Assembly: GCA_945901725.1 (NCBI GenBank)
Contig: CAMDLK010000002.1
Location: 492-64,491, forward strand
Source of the DNA: Bifidobacterium breve
GTDB lineage: Bacteria > Actinomycetota > Acidimicrobiia > Acidimicrobiales > Ilumatobacteraceae
DNA: 64,000 nt
Direction: 5' to 3'
Both the position numbers and the translations under genes were made by a program. A model generated the notes under the pieces. It searched no databases. It saw only the letters and a program-made list of their open reading frames with translations, and was not told the DNA's origin. Each line of letters begins with the position of its first letter. Position 1 is the stretch's first letter. Of the stretch, positions 27,261 through 38,595 are shown piece after piece.

Positions 27261-29747
27261 TTAACGGCCAGTGACCACAAGTTCGCCATCGGCAACGTCT
27301 ACGGCAATGAGGCCATCGTCGCTGACGCGACCTTCCAAAATGATGATTGCTGCTCTATCTGCAATCTCACGCTGAATGAGGCGCTTCAAGGGTCGAGCAC
27401 CAAACGACGCATCGAATCCACGAGTGCCGAGCCACAGCCGCGCTGCTTCAGAAACTTGTAAAACCAATCGACGCTCAGCCATGCGTTGCACCAGATGCTC
27501 AAGTTGAATACCTACGATGTGGCTGAGATCATCTTCCGTCAACGAACGGAATCGCACGATTTCATCAATACGGTTCACAAACTCAGGTCGGAAATATTCA
27601 ATAGGTTCACCTGGCAGGTTGCTTGTCATGATCAAAACAACGTTGGTGAAGTCAACTGTACGACCTTGGCCGTCAGTTAAGCGACCATCATCAAGTACCT
27701 GCAACAAAATGTTGAACACTTCAGGATGTGCTTTCTCCACTTCGTCTAACAACACAACGCTGTACGGGCGGCGGCGAACAAGTTCAGTGAGTTGGCCGCC
27801 TTCGTCGTACCCGACATAACCCGGGGGCGCACCAATGAGGCGTGACACGGAATGCTTTTCCATGTACTCACCCATATCGATGCGAACCATTGCCTTGTCA
27901 TCGTCAAATAAGTATTCAGCTAGTGCACGTGCTAATTCGGTTTTACCAACACCGGTTGGGCCAAGAAACATGAAAGAACCAATTGGTTTGTTCGGATCTG
28001 ACAAACCTGCACGACTACGACGAATGGCGTTAGCTACTGCAGTCACTGCATCATTCTGGCCAATAACACGTTTATGTAGTTGGTCTTCAAGATGCACAAG
28101 TTTTGCCATCTCGCCTTCCAGCAATTTGCTGACGGGTACTCCGGTCCATTTTGATACCACTTCGGCAATGTCTTCAGCATCAACTTCTTCTTTCAACATT
28201 CGCTGTGTTGATTGCAGTTGATCAAGATGTTCTGTTGCATCATTGATGCGGCGCTCAAGTTCAGGGATGCGACCGTATTGAATTTCTGAGGCCTTAGTGA
28301 GGTCAGTTTCTCGTTCTACAGCAGAACGCAGAGTCTCAAGTTCTTCCTTCAATGTGCGAATTGCAGAGATTGCTGAACGTTCAGCATCCCAGTGCCCTTT
28401 CATCACGTCAGCTTCGAGCTGCAATAACGTGAGTTCCTCCACCAGAGTGGTTAAGCGATCTCGCGATGCGGAATCAGTTTCCTTTTCCAGTGCAACTTTC
28501 TCAATTTCTAATTGCAAAATACGACGTTGCACTATGTCAATCTCGGTTGGCAGCGAGTCAATCTCAATTCGCAGCTTGCTTGCTGCTTCGTCCATTAGGT
28601 CAATCGCTTTGTCTGGCAGGAATCGATTAGTGAGGTATCGGTTCGACAACACAGCTGCGCTGACTAATGCAGAGTCTTGAATTCGTACTCCGTGATGGAC
28701 TTCATAGCGTTCTTTCAGACCACGCAAAATTGCGATGGTGTCAGCAACCGTTGGTTCACCGACATATACCTGTTGAAAACGCCGCTCGAGAGCTGGGTCT
28801 TTTTCGATGTATTTGCGATATTCATCAAGAGTCGTTGCGCCAATCATGCGTAGTTCTCCGCGTGCAAGCATCGGCTTGATCATGTTTCCCGCGTCCATTG
28901 CACCTTCAGCCCCACCAGCGCCAACCATTGTGTGCATCTCATCAACGAACGTAATCACTTCACCTTCGGCATCAGTGATTTCCTTAAGGACTGCTTTGAA
29001 ACGCTCTTCGAATTCGCCACGGTACTTCGCACCAGCCACCAACGAACTGATGTCTAGAGAAATCAAGCGCTTCCCTTTCAGGCCTTCTGGTACATCGCCA
29101 TCAGCAATTCGGCGAGCAAGTCCGTCGACAATTGCAGTCTTGCCAACACCTGGTTCGCCTATCAATACAGGGTTGTTCTTTGTACGACGAGATAACACCT
29201 GAATCACCCGACGAATTTCTTCATCACGTCCAATGACAGGGTCAATCTTTCCTTCACGTGCCCGAGCCGTGAGATCAATGCCGTATTTCTCTAAGGCTGC
29301 AAACTGAGATTCAGGATCTGGCGACGTGACGCGATGTGAACCACGTACCTCTCTCAAGGCCTGCAACATTTCTTCGCTGCCAATGCCGATGCGTTGATTC
29401 ATTGCAAGGACGAGGTGCTCAACAGAGACGTAGTCGTCCTTAAGGTCTTTGCGAGCTGAGTCTGCATTTGTCAGAACATTGGCAAGTTCGCGATTCATAC
29501 GTGGTTCAGCGCCACCAGTTGCGCGTGGCAGTTTGGCAACTACTTCATCGGCCTTTGATTGCACCATGCCCGGAGCAATACCCAACTTCTGTAAGAACGC
29601 AGGGACAATAGTGTCGGTTTGTCCCGCCACTGCACTGAGTACGTGATCAACCGTGACTTCGGGGTTACCGAGAGTGCGCGCAGAATCACTTGCCGCAGCA
29701 ATCGCCTCTTGTGTCCGAGTAGTCCATTTCTTTGGGTCGATAGCCAT
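27261..29747 (-). CDS. clpB: ATP-dependent chaperone/disaggregase ClpB
   Basis: Two AAA+ modules ('GEPGVGKTA', 'GPTGVGKTE'), a long coiled-coil middle domain and a Clp N-domain. Confidence 0.95.
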   Translation of the reverse strand: MAIDPKKWTTRTQEAIAAASDSARTLGNPEVTVDHVLSAVAGQTDTIVPAFLQKLGIAPGMVQSKADEVVAKLPRATGGAEPRMNRELANVLTNADSARKDLKDDYVSVEHLVLAMNQRIGIGSEEMLQALREVRGSHRVTSPDPESQFAALEKYGIDLTARAREGKIDPVIGRDEEIRRVIQVLSRRTKNNPVLIGEPGVGKTAIVDGLARRIADGDVPEGLKGKRLISLDISSLVAGAKYRGEFEERFKAVLKEITDAEGEVITFVDEMHTMVGAGGAEGAMDAGNMIKPMLARGELRMIGATTLDEYRKYIEKDPALERRFQQVYVGEPTVADTIAILRGLKERYEVHHGVRIQDSALVSAAVLSNRYLTNRFLPDKAIDLMDEAASKLRIEIDSLPTEIDIVQRRILQLEIEKVALEKETDSASRDRLTTLVEELTLLQLEADVMKGHWDAERSAISAIRTLKEELETLRSAVERETDLTKASEIQYGRIPELERRINDATEHLDQLQSTQRMLKEEVDAEDIAEVVSKWTGVPVSKLLEGEMAKLVHLEDQLHKRVIGQNDAVTAVANAIRRSRAGLSDPNKPIGSFMFLGPTGVGKTELARALAEYLFDDDKAMVRIDMGEYMEKHSVSRLIGAPPGYVGYDEGGQLTELVRRRPYSVVLLDEVEKAHPEVFNILLQVLDDGRLTDGQGRTVDFTNVVLIMTSNLPGEPIEYFRPEFVNRIDEIVRFRSLTEDDLSHIVGIQLEHLVQRMAERRLVLQVSEAARLWLGTRGFDASFGARPLKRLIQREIADRAAIIILEGRVSDDGLIAVDVADGELVVTGR

Positions 29748-29759
29748 GTCTGTGTTTCC

Positions 29760-30155
29760 TTATCGGTCGGGGTCAAAAATGCTGGGGCGCTCGCCGAAGC
29801 GGGCCATTGCTTGACGCAGCGGAACAATGTTGCTGCGACTACGCGATTCAATTTCAGTGATGGCATGCATCAGGCCTTGGCGCAGTTGTTCTACCTCGCT
29901 GCGAAGGCGCACTACTTCTGCTTCCAAGGTCATGACATGGCGAATGCCTTCCAAGTTCATGCCGGTAGCTGCAAGTTCTGTAATGCGCAAAAGTCGCGCA
30001 ATGTCTGCGTCGCTGTATCTACGATTTCCACCAGTCGTACGGGCAGGCGTTAGCAAACCACGTCGCTCATAAATGCGCAATGTCTGTGGGTGCATACCTG
30101 CAAGTTCGGCCGCGACCGAAATGACATATAGAGCGCGCATCTCGTCGTGGGTCAT
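29760..30155 (-). CDS. hspR: MerR-family heat-shock repressor HspR
   Basis: 'YVISVAAELAGMHPQTLRIYERRGLLTPARTTGGNRRYS', located after dnaJ. Overlaps the dnaJ stop. Confidence 0.85.
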   Translation of the reverse strand: MTHDEMRALYVISVAAELAGMHPQTLRIYERRGLLTPARTTGGNRRYSDADIARLLRITELAATGMNLEGIRHVMTLEAEVVRLRSEVEQLRQGLMHAITEIESRSRSNIVPLRQAMARFGERPSIFDPDR

Positions 30156-31273
30156 GAAACATTGCCTGACGTACGTGGTGAAGTTAGTACTTCACTAAGT
30201 TTGTCGATTGCGGATCGCTCTTCATCAGAGAGTTTCGTTGGCACGTTTACATCAACAGTAACAATGAGGTCGCCCGTTTGCTTTGGCAATTCAATACCTT
30301 TGCCTTTCACGCGGTGACGTGAACCACTTTGTGTTCCTGCTTTCAAGCGCAATGTCACTTCGCTGCCATCAAGGGTTGGCACTGCAATCGTTGCGCCCAA
30401 TACTGCTTCTGTAAATGACACAGGAACTCGGGTTAATAGGTTCAGGCCCTCACGTGAAAACAATGGATGCGGTGCAACATTGCATTCCACAAACAAGTCG
30501 CCAGCAGGACCACCGTTGCGACCAGGAGTTCCTCGGCCTTTCAAACGAATGCGTTGACCGTTATCAACACCAGCCGGAATTCGCACATTCACTTCGCGAG
30601 GCCGACGTTCAATTCCAGTTCCCCTACATGTGGAACACGGGTTTTCAATAATGATGCCGTTGCCACTACAGGAACGACACGGCTGAGAGAACGAAAACAT
30701 TCCCTGATTGTCTGCAGTAGAACCACGGCCTCCACAAGCAGCGCATGTTTTTGGTGTTGTGCCTGCACGGGCACCAGAACCAGAACATGACGAGCATTGT
30801 GCATCTGCAGTGAGGTGCAACGAAGTGGTGATGCCGTGTGCCGCATCGACAAAATCAAGTGTCAGTGTGGTTTCAATGTCTTGTCCGCGTTGTGGACCTG
30901 TTGATCCGCCACCACCACGGCGCCCGCCGCCGCCGCCCCGACCAAACATTTGGCCAAGGATGTCGCCGAAACCATCGCCACCCATGTCGAAGCGAATGTT
31001 TTGTCCGCCTGCACCGCCGCCGAATCCGCCCATTGGGCCAACGCGTCGTACTTCGTCGTACTCTGCCCGTTTCTTTTCGTCACCGACAACGTCATATGCA
31101 GCTGAGATGTCTTTGAACTTCTCTTCAGCTTTTACGTTGTCAGGGTTTGCATCAGGGTGATACTGACGCGCAAGTCGCCGGTATGCCTTCGTAATGTCTT
31201 TGACAGTTGCGTCTTTCGACACGCCAAGCACTGCGTAATAGTCCTTTTCGTACCATTCGCGCTGACCGGACAT
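30152..31273 (-). CDS. dnaJ: Molecular chaperone DnaJ
   Basis: J-domain 'YHPDANP', G-rich linker and four CxxCxGxG zinc-finger repeats. Confidence 0.95.
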   Translation of the reverse strand: MSGQREWYEKDYYAVLGVSKDATVKDITKAYRRLARQYHPDANPDNVKAEEKFKDISAAYDVVGDEKKRAEYDEVRRVGPMGGFGGGAGGQNIRFDMGGDGFGDILGQMFGRGGGGGRRGGGGSTGPQRGQDIETTLTLDFVDAAHGITTSLHLTADAQCSSCSGSGARAGTTPKTCAACGGRGSTADNQGMFSFSQPCRSCSGNGIIIENPCSTCRGTGIERRPREVNVRIPAGVDNGQRIRLKGRGTPGRNGGPAGDLFVECNVAPHPLFSREGLNLLTRVPVSFTEAVLGATIAVPTLDGSEVTLRLKAGTQSGSRHRVKGKGIELPKQTGDLIVTVDVNVPTKLSDEERSAIDKLSEVLTSPRTSGNVS

Positions 31274-31276
31274 GTC

Positions 31277-31759
31277 TTATCCCCGCACCTTCACCATGGC
31301 AGCGCGCAATACACGGCCCTTCCATTCGTATCCAGTGCGAAGCACTTCAACCACGATTGGTTCTCCGCCGTCGCCCTCTTCATGAACAACAGCTTCTGAA
31401 GTAGTTGGGTCAAACGGCTTATCCAAAAGATCAAGCGCTACAAGACCTTGCTTCTCAAGAGCCTTGAGAAGAGCCGACCAAATAGGTTCAACACCATCTG
31501 CGCCGTGCGCAAAGGCTGCTTCACATGCATCAAGTACTGGCAACATTGAATCTGCGATGCGACCGGTGGCCCGATCTACTTCGTCAGACATATTTGACGT
31601 GACGCGTTTCTTGTAATTCTCGAAATCTGCCTGCAGACGAAGAGCGATGTCCTTGAACTCGTTACGTTCTTGGACAAGCGCGTGAATGTCGTGCTCGATA
31701 AGTTCAACTATCTCAGCGTCAATGGCATCTTCTGGTTGATCAACATTGTCTTCTGACAT
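31277..31759 (-). CDS. grpE: Nucleotide exchange factor GrpE
   Basis: Lies between dnaK and dnaJ. 'RLQADFENYKKR' motif. Confidence 0.9.
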   Translation of the reverse strand: MSEDNVDQPEDAIDAEIVELIEHDIHALVQERNEFKDIALRLQADFENYKKRVTSNMSDEVDRATGRIADSMLPVLDACEAAFAHGADGVEPIWSALLKALEKQGLVALDLLDKPFDPTTSEAVVHEEGDGGEPIVVEVLRTGYEWKGRVLRAAMVKVRG

Positions 31760-31762
31760 GAA

Positions 31763-33598
31763 TTACTGCTCATCTACAATTTCAGCATCAACGATGTCAT
31801 CGTCATTTGGTGCACCCGAAGCGCCTGATGCAGATGTGCCTGCGGCTTCACTGTCGCGAGCTGCTGTTTCGTACAACTTCTGACTGAATTCCTGGCTGGC
31901 CCCCATCAGTGTTTCTGTTGCTGCCTTGATGTCATCAATATTGTTTCCGGCAATTGCGGTCTTCAGAATTCCGAGTGGGCCTTCAACAGCTGCCTTTTCT
32001 TCTTCAGTGACTTTGTCGCCCTGATCTTTCAGAACTTTTTCGGTCTGATACACAAGGGAGTCGGCATTGTTGCGCACCTCTGCTTCTTCACGACGACGCT
32101 TGTCGTCTTCAGCGTGAGACTCGGCATCCCGAATCATCTCTTCGATTTTCTCTTTGCTGAGTGACGAAGAACTTGTGATGGTCATTGACTGTTCTTTGCT
32201 TGTTGCGCGGTCCTTGGCCGATACATGCACGATTCCGTTTGCGTCGATATCGAATGTGACTTCGATTTGGGGCGTGCCGCGCGCAGCAGGTGGCAGATCA
32301 ACCAAGTTGAACTTGCCAAGTGACTGGTTGTAACTAGCCATTTCGCGCTCGCCCTGGAGAACATTGATCTCTACTGATGGCTGGTTGTCATCTGCAGTAG
32401 TGAACACTTCTGTACGACGTGTTGGAATTGTTGTGTTGCGCTCGATGAGTTTTGTCATCACGCCACCCTTAGTTTCAATTCCCAAAGACAACGGTGTGAC
32501 GTCGAGGAGCAAGATGTCTTTAACGTCGCCCTTCAACACTCCGGCCTGAACAGCTGCACCGATAGCAACAACCTCGTCTGGGTTAACAGACTTGTTTGGC
32601 TCTTTGCCAGTCATGTTGAACACAAGTTCTTGCACTGCTGGCATACGAGTTGAGCCACCAACCAAGATGACGTGATCGATTTGGCTCTTTGTAAGACCTG
32701 CATCTTTGATTGCCTGATCAAATGCCACGCGACAACGCTCGACAAGGTCAGCAGTCATTTCCTGGAACTTTGAACGAGTCAACGATTCATCAAGGTGCAA
32801 CGGGCCTTCTGCTGTTGCAGTAATGAAGGGCAAGTTGATTTGTGTCTGTTGTGTTTGTGACAATTCGATCTTTGCTTTTTCAGCCGCTTCTTTCAAACGC
32901 TGAATTGCCATGCGGTCTTGCGCAAGATCAATACCGTGAGCGCTTTTGAACTGTTGTGTCAACCAATCAATGATGCGCTGGTCCCAGTCGTCTCCACCAA
33001 GGTGAGTGTCACCGTGTGTGCTCTTTACTTCAAACACGCCATCACCAATTTCAAGAACGGAAACGTCGAACGTTCCGCCACCAAGGTCGAATACCAAAAT
33101 GGTTTCATCTTGTGTTGATTTGTCAAGGCCGTACGCAAGTGCAGCTGCAGTTGGTTCGTTGATAATGCGCAGAACATTCAGACCAGCAATGGCGCCAGCT
33201 TCTTTTGTTGCGGTGCGTTGTGCGTCGTCGAAATACGCAGGAACAGTGATGACTGCATCTGTGACTGTGTCACCGAGATAAGCCTCGGCATCACGCTTCA
33301 ACTTCATCAGTGTGCGTGCGCTGATTTCCTGTGGCGTGTACTTCTTGCCATCAATATCGGCAGAGGTCCAGGTAGTTCCCATTTGGCGCTTGATGCTGCG
33401 GAATGTGCGATCAGGGTTGGTGATGGCTTGACGCTTTGCCACTTCACCAACAAGAACTTCGCCGGCCTTTGAAAAGGCAACGATTGACGGCGTGGTGCGG
33501 GCACCTTCTGAGTTGGGGATGACGACTGATTCGCCAGCCTCAAGAACTGAAACAACTGAGTTTGTGGTTCCGAGGTCGATTCCGACTGCTTTTGCCAT
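31763..33598 (-). CDS. dnaK: Molecular chaperone DnaK (Hsp70)
   Basis: 'GIDLGTTNS', '[10 protein letters not shown]', '[11 protein letters not shown]'. Confidence 0.97.
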   Translation of the reverse strand: MAKAVGIDLGTTNSVVSVLEAGESVVIPNSEGARTTPSIVAFSKAGEVLVGEVAKRQAITNPDRTFRSIKRQMGTTWTSADIDGKKYTPQEISARTLMKLKRDAEAYLGDTVTDAVITVPAYFDDAQRTATKEAGAIAGLNVLRIINEPTAAALAYGLDKSTQDETILVFDLGGGTFDVSVLEIGDGVFEVKSTHGDTHLGGDDWDQRIIDWLTQQFKSAHGIDLAQDRMAIQRLKEAAEKAKIELSQTQQTQINLPFITATAEGPLHLDESLTRSKFQEMTADLVERCRVAFDQAIKDAGLTKSQIDHVILVGGSTRMPAVQELVFNMTGKEPNKSVNPDEVVAIGAAVQAGVLKGDVKDILLLDVTPLSLGIETKGGVMTKLIERNTTIPTRRTEVFTTADDNQPSVEINVLQGEREMASYNQSLGKFNLVDLPPAARGTPQIEVTFDIDANGIVHVSAKDRATSKEQSMTITSSSSLSKEKIEEMIRDAESHAEDDKRRREEAEVRNNADSLVYQTEKVLKDQGDKVTEEEKAAVEGPLGILKTAIAGNNIDDIKAATETLMGASQEFSQKLYETAARDSEAAGTSASGASGAPNDDDIVDAEIVDEQ

Positions 33599-33702
33599 GG
33601 GGTTATGTCTCCTGTACTTGGTTCCGACGGGACGCCGGATACGGGTGGGGTGACTTCACAATAAGGGGTCCATTGAGAGATACCAACCTTTGATATAGGA
33701 AA

Positions 33703-33723
33703 GTTGATACGAGGTGACTCAAC
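33703..33723. promoter_or_regulatory. HAIR-like inverted repeat (putative HspR operator) upstream of dnaK
   Basis: GTTGATA-N7-ACTCAAC compared with the HAIR consensus CTTGAGT-N7-ACTCAAG (right half 6/7, left half 4/7). It lies ~105 nt upstream of the dnaK start. Confidence 0.35.
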
Positions 33724-33800
33724 ATTTGTCACATGGGGGAATTACCTGTGATTCCATTCAGATTTCCCCGCCAGCATGGGCTCAGACCTACGATGAAGGT

Positions 33801-34550
33801 GTGCTCGGCAATCTCGTCCTCCTCCGCCATGGTCAAAGTACCTGGAATGAACTGAACCTCTTTACTGGCTGGCACGACGTGCCCCTTTCAGCCCAAGGCG
33901 AACAGGAAGCGGCGGCCGCTGGCCCCACCATGGCTGCAGCTGGCCTTGTGTTCGATGTTGCTCATACCTCTTTATTAACCCGCGCTGTCATGACCTGCCA
34001 TCTAGCGCTTTCTGGCATGGGTCAGGTCTGGTTGCCGGTTGAACGTCATTGGAAATGGAACGAGCGTCACTACGGGGCATTGCAAGGTCTCGACAAGGCC
34101 GCCACTACTGCCCAACACGGCGAGGAACAAACAAAAATCTGGCGTCGCAGTTACGACGTACCGCCTCCTCCCGTTGATGTGTCCAGCCCCGAGCACCCCG
34201 TAAGTGATCCTCGGTATCGCTTGGTCAACCCTGCAGACCTGCCGGCTACCGAATGCTTAAAAGATGTGGTCGAAAGAGTCGTGCCACATTTTCACGCCAC
34301 CGTTGTGCCCCAGTTGCGTGCGGGCATGAACGTGTTAGTTGCGGCACACGGCAATTCATTGCGCGCTTTGGTCATGGCGCTGGAGGACATTTCATCTGAA
34401 AACATTGCCGAATTGAACATCCCTACTGGGGTGCCCCGCCTATACAAATTGTCGGATTCCCTAGCCGTGAATGAAGTCACCTACCTCGGAGATGCCGAGA
34501 AAATCAAAGCAGCAACGGATGCTGTGGCGAACCAGGCAAAAGCCAAATAG
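33801..34550 (+). CDS. gpmA: 2,3-bisphosphoglycerate-dependent phosphoglycerate mutase
   Basis: 'LVLLRHGQSTWNELNLFTGW' with the catalytic RHG. The ORF opens at 33714, but that would overlap the dnaK promoter/HAIR region, so the GTG at 33801 is preferred. The start is uncertain. Confidence 0.85.
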   Translation: MLGNLVLLRHGQSTWNELNLFTGWHDVPLSAQGEQEAAAAGPTMAAAGLVFDVAHTSLLTRAVMTCHLALSGMGQVWLPVERHWKWNERHYGALQGLDKAATTAQHGEEQTKIWRRSYDVPPPPVDVSSPEHPVSDPRYRLVNPADLPATECLKDVVERVVPHFHATVVPQLRAGMNVLVAAHGNSLRALVMALEDISSENIAELNIPTGVPRLYKLSDSLAVNEVTYLGDAEKIKAATDAVANQAKAK

Positions 34551-34595
34551 CTCCACTGGTAAATAGGCACTTTCAATAGAAGTACACTTGGGTAC

Positions 34596-35021
34596 ATGGC
34601 AAGTACTAAATCAACCGTCGACTCCCTCCGCAACATCTCACTTTTTTCTGAGTGTTCTGCAAAAGAACTCGGACTCGTAGTTAAGAACTCCACTGAGCGT
34701 GTTCTCAAAGCAGGAACCATCATCATGGATCAGGGCCAAACAGGTCGTGAGGCATACGTCATTCTTGAAGGTTCAGCCACCATCAAGCGCAACGGCAAAA
34801 AGATCGGTACCGCAATGGCCGGCGCAGTTGTTGGCGAGTTGTCACTACTTGACAGTGGACCTCGTACAGCTGCAGTGATCGCTGATACCGATGTCACATT
34901 GCTCGTCATCTCAGAGCGTGCCCTCAAAGGCGCAATCGACAACATCCCAGCCATTTCACGCAAGTTGCTCAAGGCCCTTGCTACGCGCGTTCGTGAACTC
35001 GACCGCGCACATTACGGCTGA
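34596..35021 (+). CDS. Stand-alone cyclic nucleotide-binding domain protein
   Basis: cNMP-binding beta-roll 'GELSLLDSGPRTAAVIA'. At 141 aa there is no room for an HTH output domain. Confidence 0.8.
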   Translation: MASTKSTVDSLRNISLFSECSAKELGLVVKNSTERVLKAGTIIMDQGQTGREAYVILEGSATIKRNGKKIGTAMAGAVVGELSLLDSGPRTAAVIADTDVTLLVISERALKGAIDNIPAISRKLLKALATRVRELDRAHYG

Positions 35022-35095
35022 TACTCATCGTGATCGGGTGAATTACCCGACGAATCGGACTCTGCGGACCTTCGCCCACTAGCGTTGTAACTCAT

Positions 35096-37360
35096 ATGAG
35101 CACCAACGCTGCCGCCCCCACAGAGAAGACACCTAAGCGTCTTCACCCGTACCAAATCTCCATTGCCATCGGCGTTGGCATGGGTACATTCACCTTGTTC
35201 TCGGGCATCATCCCGCAGTTCACTCATTGGCACGGAACCTCCGAAATGTCGCGTGAGGTATTCGAAGGAATTCCTGGACCACTGCAAGCTGCGTTCTACA
35301 CAATTCTTCCCGCGATGATCATTTGGGGCTCATTCAAGTTTGCTGATCGCATGCGCAACTGGGAACGTGGAGCACCAGACCGCCGTCGCACTACTCCGAA
35401 AAATGCAAAGCGCCGTCTTGCTGATTACCGCGCAGGTGTCTACATGCGCACCTTGTTGCGTGATAGCGCGGCGGGCCTGATGCACTCCATGATGTATTTC
35501 GGTTTCCTTATTCTTTTGGGTGTCACCACGGTTCTTGAAGTTGACCACCAATTGCCAGAGTCATTGAAGTTCCTTCATGGTGGCGTGTACCAGGGCTATG
35601 TCTTGGTCGGTGACTTTGCTGGCCTGATGTTCACCATTGGTGTCGTCTGGGCAATTGTTCGCCGTTACGTACAACAGCCATACCGCATTCGCATTAAGAC
35701 AAAGGCCGAACACGGCATCATTCTTGCGTGCATGTTGCTGATTGGTCTGTCTGGCTTTGGCGCAGAAATGTTCCGCATCGCCGTCAGCACTGCTGAAGGC
35801 AAAGACATGTCGTTTGAGAGTTGGTCATTCATTGGCTACCCATTGTCACAACTTGTAGACGGTGGATCATTGCAGTCATTGCAAAACTGGCACCAATCAA
35901 TGTGGGTATTGCACGTCGTTGCATTCATCGGGTTCCTTGCATTGTTGCCACTCACAATGTTGCGCCACATCTTCACATCACCGCTGAACATGTACCTCAA
36001 AGATCGTGATCGTCCAAAGGGCGCAATGCGCGCAATGCCGAACCTCACAGAGACTTCGCTTGAGACGTTTGGTGCTTCAGTTGTTGAAGACTTCACATGG
36101 AAGCAACTTCTTGATACTGACTCATGCACCATGTGCGGTCGTTGCACCAGCGTGTGCCCTGCACATGCAACAGGAAAGCCACTTGACCCACGTGAAATCG
36201 TTTTGAAGACTGGCGAAATCATGGCAGCTACTGCAGCTCATGGTTCAGTTACTCCGCCATTGTCTGTTGACTCTGAAATCAAGATTGGTGCCAACTCATT
36301 GTTCGAGCGCATCACATCAGAAGAAGTGTGGGCATGCACCACATGTCGCGCATGTGATGAGATTTGCCCAGTCAATATTGAAATCCTCGACAAGATTCTC
36401 GACATGCGTCGTTACTTGTCGCTCATGGAAAGTAACTTCCCTGCTGAACTTGGTAACGCATACCGCGCCATGGAAAACCAAGGCAACCCATGGGGCATGA
36501 ACCAGGATGACCGTGCAGATTGGGCCAAGGACCTCAACGTCGACGTTGTAGACCCGGGCGCTGCATTCAACCATGAGTACTTGTACTGGGTTGGTTGCGC
36601 CGGTTCATTCGACGACAAGAACAAGAAAGTAACGCAGGCCATGGCCAAGTTACTTGAGCGCGCAGACATTGACGTTGCAATTCTCGGACCAAGCGAAATG
36701 TGCACAGGTGACTCTGCACGTCGTTCAGGCAACGAATACTTGTTCCAGATGCTCGCACTGCCAAACATTGAAATGTTGAACGGCATGGGCGTGAAGAAGA
36801 TCATCACGCAGTGCCCACATTGCTTCAACACATTGAAGAACGAATACCCACAATTGGGCGGCAACTACGAAGTTGTTCACCATAGTGAGTTCCTCGAACA
36901 CCTCATTGATACAGGCAAGCTTGATATCCGTAATGCATCACTTGAAGATCGCATCACGTATCACGACTCGTGCTACCTCGGTCGTCACAACGACGTGTAC
37001 ATGGCTCCTCGTAAAATTGTTGGCTCTATCAAGGGCGTACAAATTGTCGAGATGCCACGCAACGGCACACAAGGAATGTGCTGTGGCGCCGGTGGTGCAC
37101 GTATGTGGATGGAAGAGTCAATTGGCACCAAGGTGAACGATGAACGTGCACAAGAAGCAATCAGCACTGGTGCATCCCGTGTCGCTACTGCGTGCCCATT
37201 CTGTTACATCATGCTTGACGACGGCGTAAAGGCTGCCGGCAAGGAAGAGTCAGACGTGAAGGTTGCAGACATTGCAATTCACTTGCTTGATGCATTGGAA
37301 AACGGCGAGCGCGAACTGGCTAACCAGAACGCACCACTCGCCGGTTCAGTCGGCGAATAA
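35096..37360 (+). CDS. Membrane-bound (Fe-S)-binding reductase: NarI/DsrM-like TM domain, 2x[4Fe-4S], and two CCG (HdrD-like) domains. Rv0338c-like.
   Basis: ~6 N-terminal TMs, 'CTMCGRCTSVCP' and 'CTTCRACDEICP'. CCG motifs are 'VGCAGSFD..', 'CPHCFNT' and 'CCGAGG'. Confidence 0.8.
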   Translation: MSTNAAAPTEKTPKRLHPYQISIAIGVGMGTFTLFSGIIPQFTHWHGTSEMSREVFEGIPGPLQAAFYTILPAMIIWGSFKFADRMRNWERGAPDRRRTTPKNAKRRLADYRAGVYMRTLLRDSAAGLMHSMMYFGFLILLGVTTVLEVDHQLPESLKFLHGGVYQGYVLVGDFAGLMFTIGVVWAIVRRYVQQPYRIRIKTKAEHGIILACMLLIGLSGFGAEMFRIAVSTAEGKDMSFESWSFIGYPLSQLVDGGSLQSLQNWHQSMWVLHVVAFIGFLALLPLTMLRHIFTSPLNMYLKDRDRPKGAMRAMPNLTETSLETFGASVVEDFTWKQLLDTDSCTMCGRCTSVCPAHATGKPLDPREIVLKTGEIMAATAAHGSVTPPLSVDSEIKIGANSLFERITSEEVWACTTCRACDEICPVNIEILDKILDMRRYLSLMESNFPAELGNAYRAMENQGNPWGMNQDDRADWAKDLNVDVVDPGAAFNHEYLYWVGCAGSFDDKNKKVTQAMAKLLERADIDVAILGPSEMCTGDSARRSGNEYLFQMLALPNIEMLNGMGVKKIITQCPHCFNTLKNEYPQLGGNYEVVHHSEFLEHLIDTGKLDIRNASLEDRITYHDSCYLGRHNDVYMAPRKIVGSIKGVQIVEMPRNGTQGMCCGAGGARMWMEESIGTKVNDERAQEAISTGASRVATACPFCYIMLDDGVKAAGKEESDVKVADIAIHLLDALENGERELANQNAPLAGSVGE

Positions 37361-37368
37361 GTTCTTCC

Positions 37369-38595
37369 CTATTTTTGGGGAACGTACGAAGACAAGAAAT
37401 TACCTAGACGGCCAATGGCCTCTGTTAAATCCTTTGCCCACGGCAACGTGACAATACGTAAGTGATCTGTGCTTGGCCAGTTAAAACCTGAACCTTGCAC
37501 CACTAACACATGTTCGGCACGCAAGAAATCAAGCACGAACTGGCGATCATCTTTGATGGGGTACATCTCTTGATCAATCTTCGGGAACACGTACAGTGCG
37601 CCTTTCGGTTCCACCACGCTGACACCCGGAATTGCACGTAGCGCAGTAACTGCCGCATCTCGTTGTGCAAGCAAACGTCCGCCCGGAAGCAACAAATCTT
37701 GAATGCTCTGACGACCACCCAATGCAGTTTGAATTGCATGTTGCGCTGGCACGTTGGCACACAAACGCATGTTGGTCAGCATCTGAATGCCTTCGATATA
37801 GCTAGCGGCGTGCTTGCGTGGGCCGGTGAGCATCATCCAGCCAGAGCGGAATCCAGCAAGACGATACGCCTTTGATAATCCGCTGAAGGTAAAGACAAGA
37901 CAGTCAGGTGCAATGGCTGCAAACGTATGATGCACCGCATCGTCGTAGAGAACCTTGTCGTAGATTTCGTCGGCGAAAACAACGAGGTTGTGTTCAATTG
38001 CAAGGTCAGCAATTTCACGCAAGATCTTCTTGCTGTACACAGCACCTGTTGGGTTGTTTGGGTTGATAACAACAATGGCGCGAGTCTTTTTCGTAATCTT
38101 CGAACGAATATCGTCTAGATTTGGATTCCATTCATTGTCTTCATCGCACAAATAGTGCACTGGCGTTCCACCCGCAAGGCTTGTTGATGCAGTCCACAAC
38201 GGGTAATCCGGCGCAGGAATCAGAACTTCATCGCCGCCATTTAGTAACGCATTCAACGACAACTGAATGAGTTCGCTGACACCGTTACCCAACCAAATGT
38301 CATCAGGGTCTGTGATGTCAATGCCTTTTGTTTGGTAATGCTGCACAACTGCAGTGCGCGCAGAACGAATACCTTGCGAATCGGAATAGCCCTGTGATTC
38401 CTGCAAGTTGCGAATGACATCAACCAGAATTTCAGGCGGTGCTTCAAAACCAAACGGCGCAGGGTTACCAATATTTAGTTTGGTAATTCGGTGTCCTTGT
38501 TCTTCAAGGCGCTTTGCTTCTTCCAGCACTGGCCCACGAATGTCGTAGAGAACGTGTTCAAGCTTGTCTGACTGCTTGATGTCGGGCTGAGTCAT
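37369..38595 (-). CDS. PLP-dependent class I aminotransferase (AlaA / Rv0337c AspC-like)
   Basis: 'NIGNPAPFGF', 'INPNNPTGAVY', 'SGLSKAYRLAGFRSG' (PLP lysine). Confidence 0.9.
   Translation of the reverse strand: MTQPDIKQSDKLEHVLYDIRGPVLEEAKRLEEQGHRITKLNIGNPAPFGFEAPPEILVDVIRNLQESQGYSDSQGIRSARTAVVQHYQTKGIDITDPDDIWLGNGVSELIQLSLNALLNGGDEVLIPAPDYPLWTASTSLAGGTPVHYLCDEDNEWNPNLDDIRSKITKKTRAIVVINPNNPTGAVYSKKILREIADLAIEHNLVVFADEIYDKVLYDDAVHHTFAAIAPDCLVFTFSGLSKAYRLAGFRSGWMMLTGPRKHAASYIEGIQMLTNMRLCANVPAQHAIQTALGGRQSIQDLLLPGGRLLAQRDAAVTALRAIPGVSVVEPKGALYVFPKIDQEMYPIKDDRQFVLDFLRAEHVLVVQGSGFNWPSTDHLRIVTLPWAKDLTEAIGRLGNFLSSYVPQK

Noticed and set aside
33671-33700. A second HAIR half-site-like 'TTGAGAG' upstream of dnaK
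   Set aside because: There is no matching inverted partner at N7 spacing. Only the 33703..33723 element approximates the HAIR geometry.
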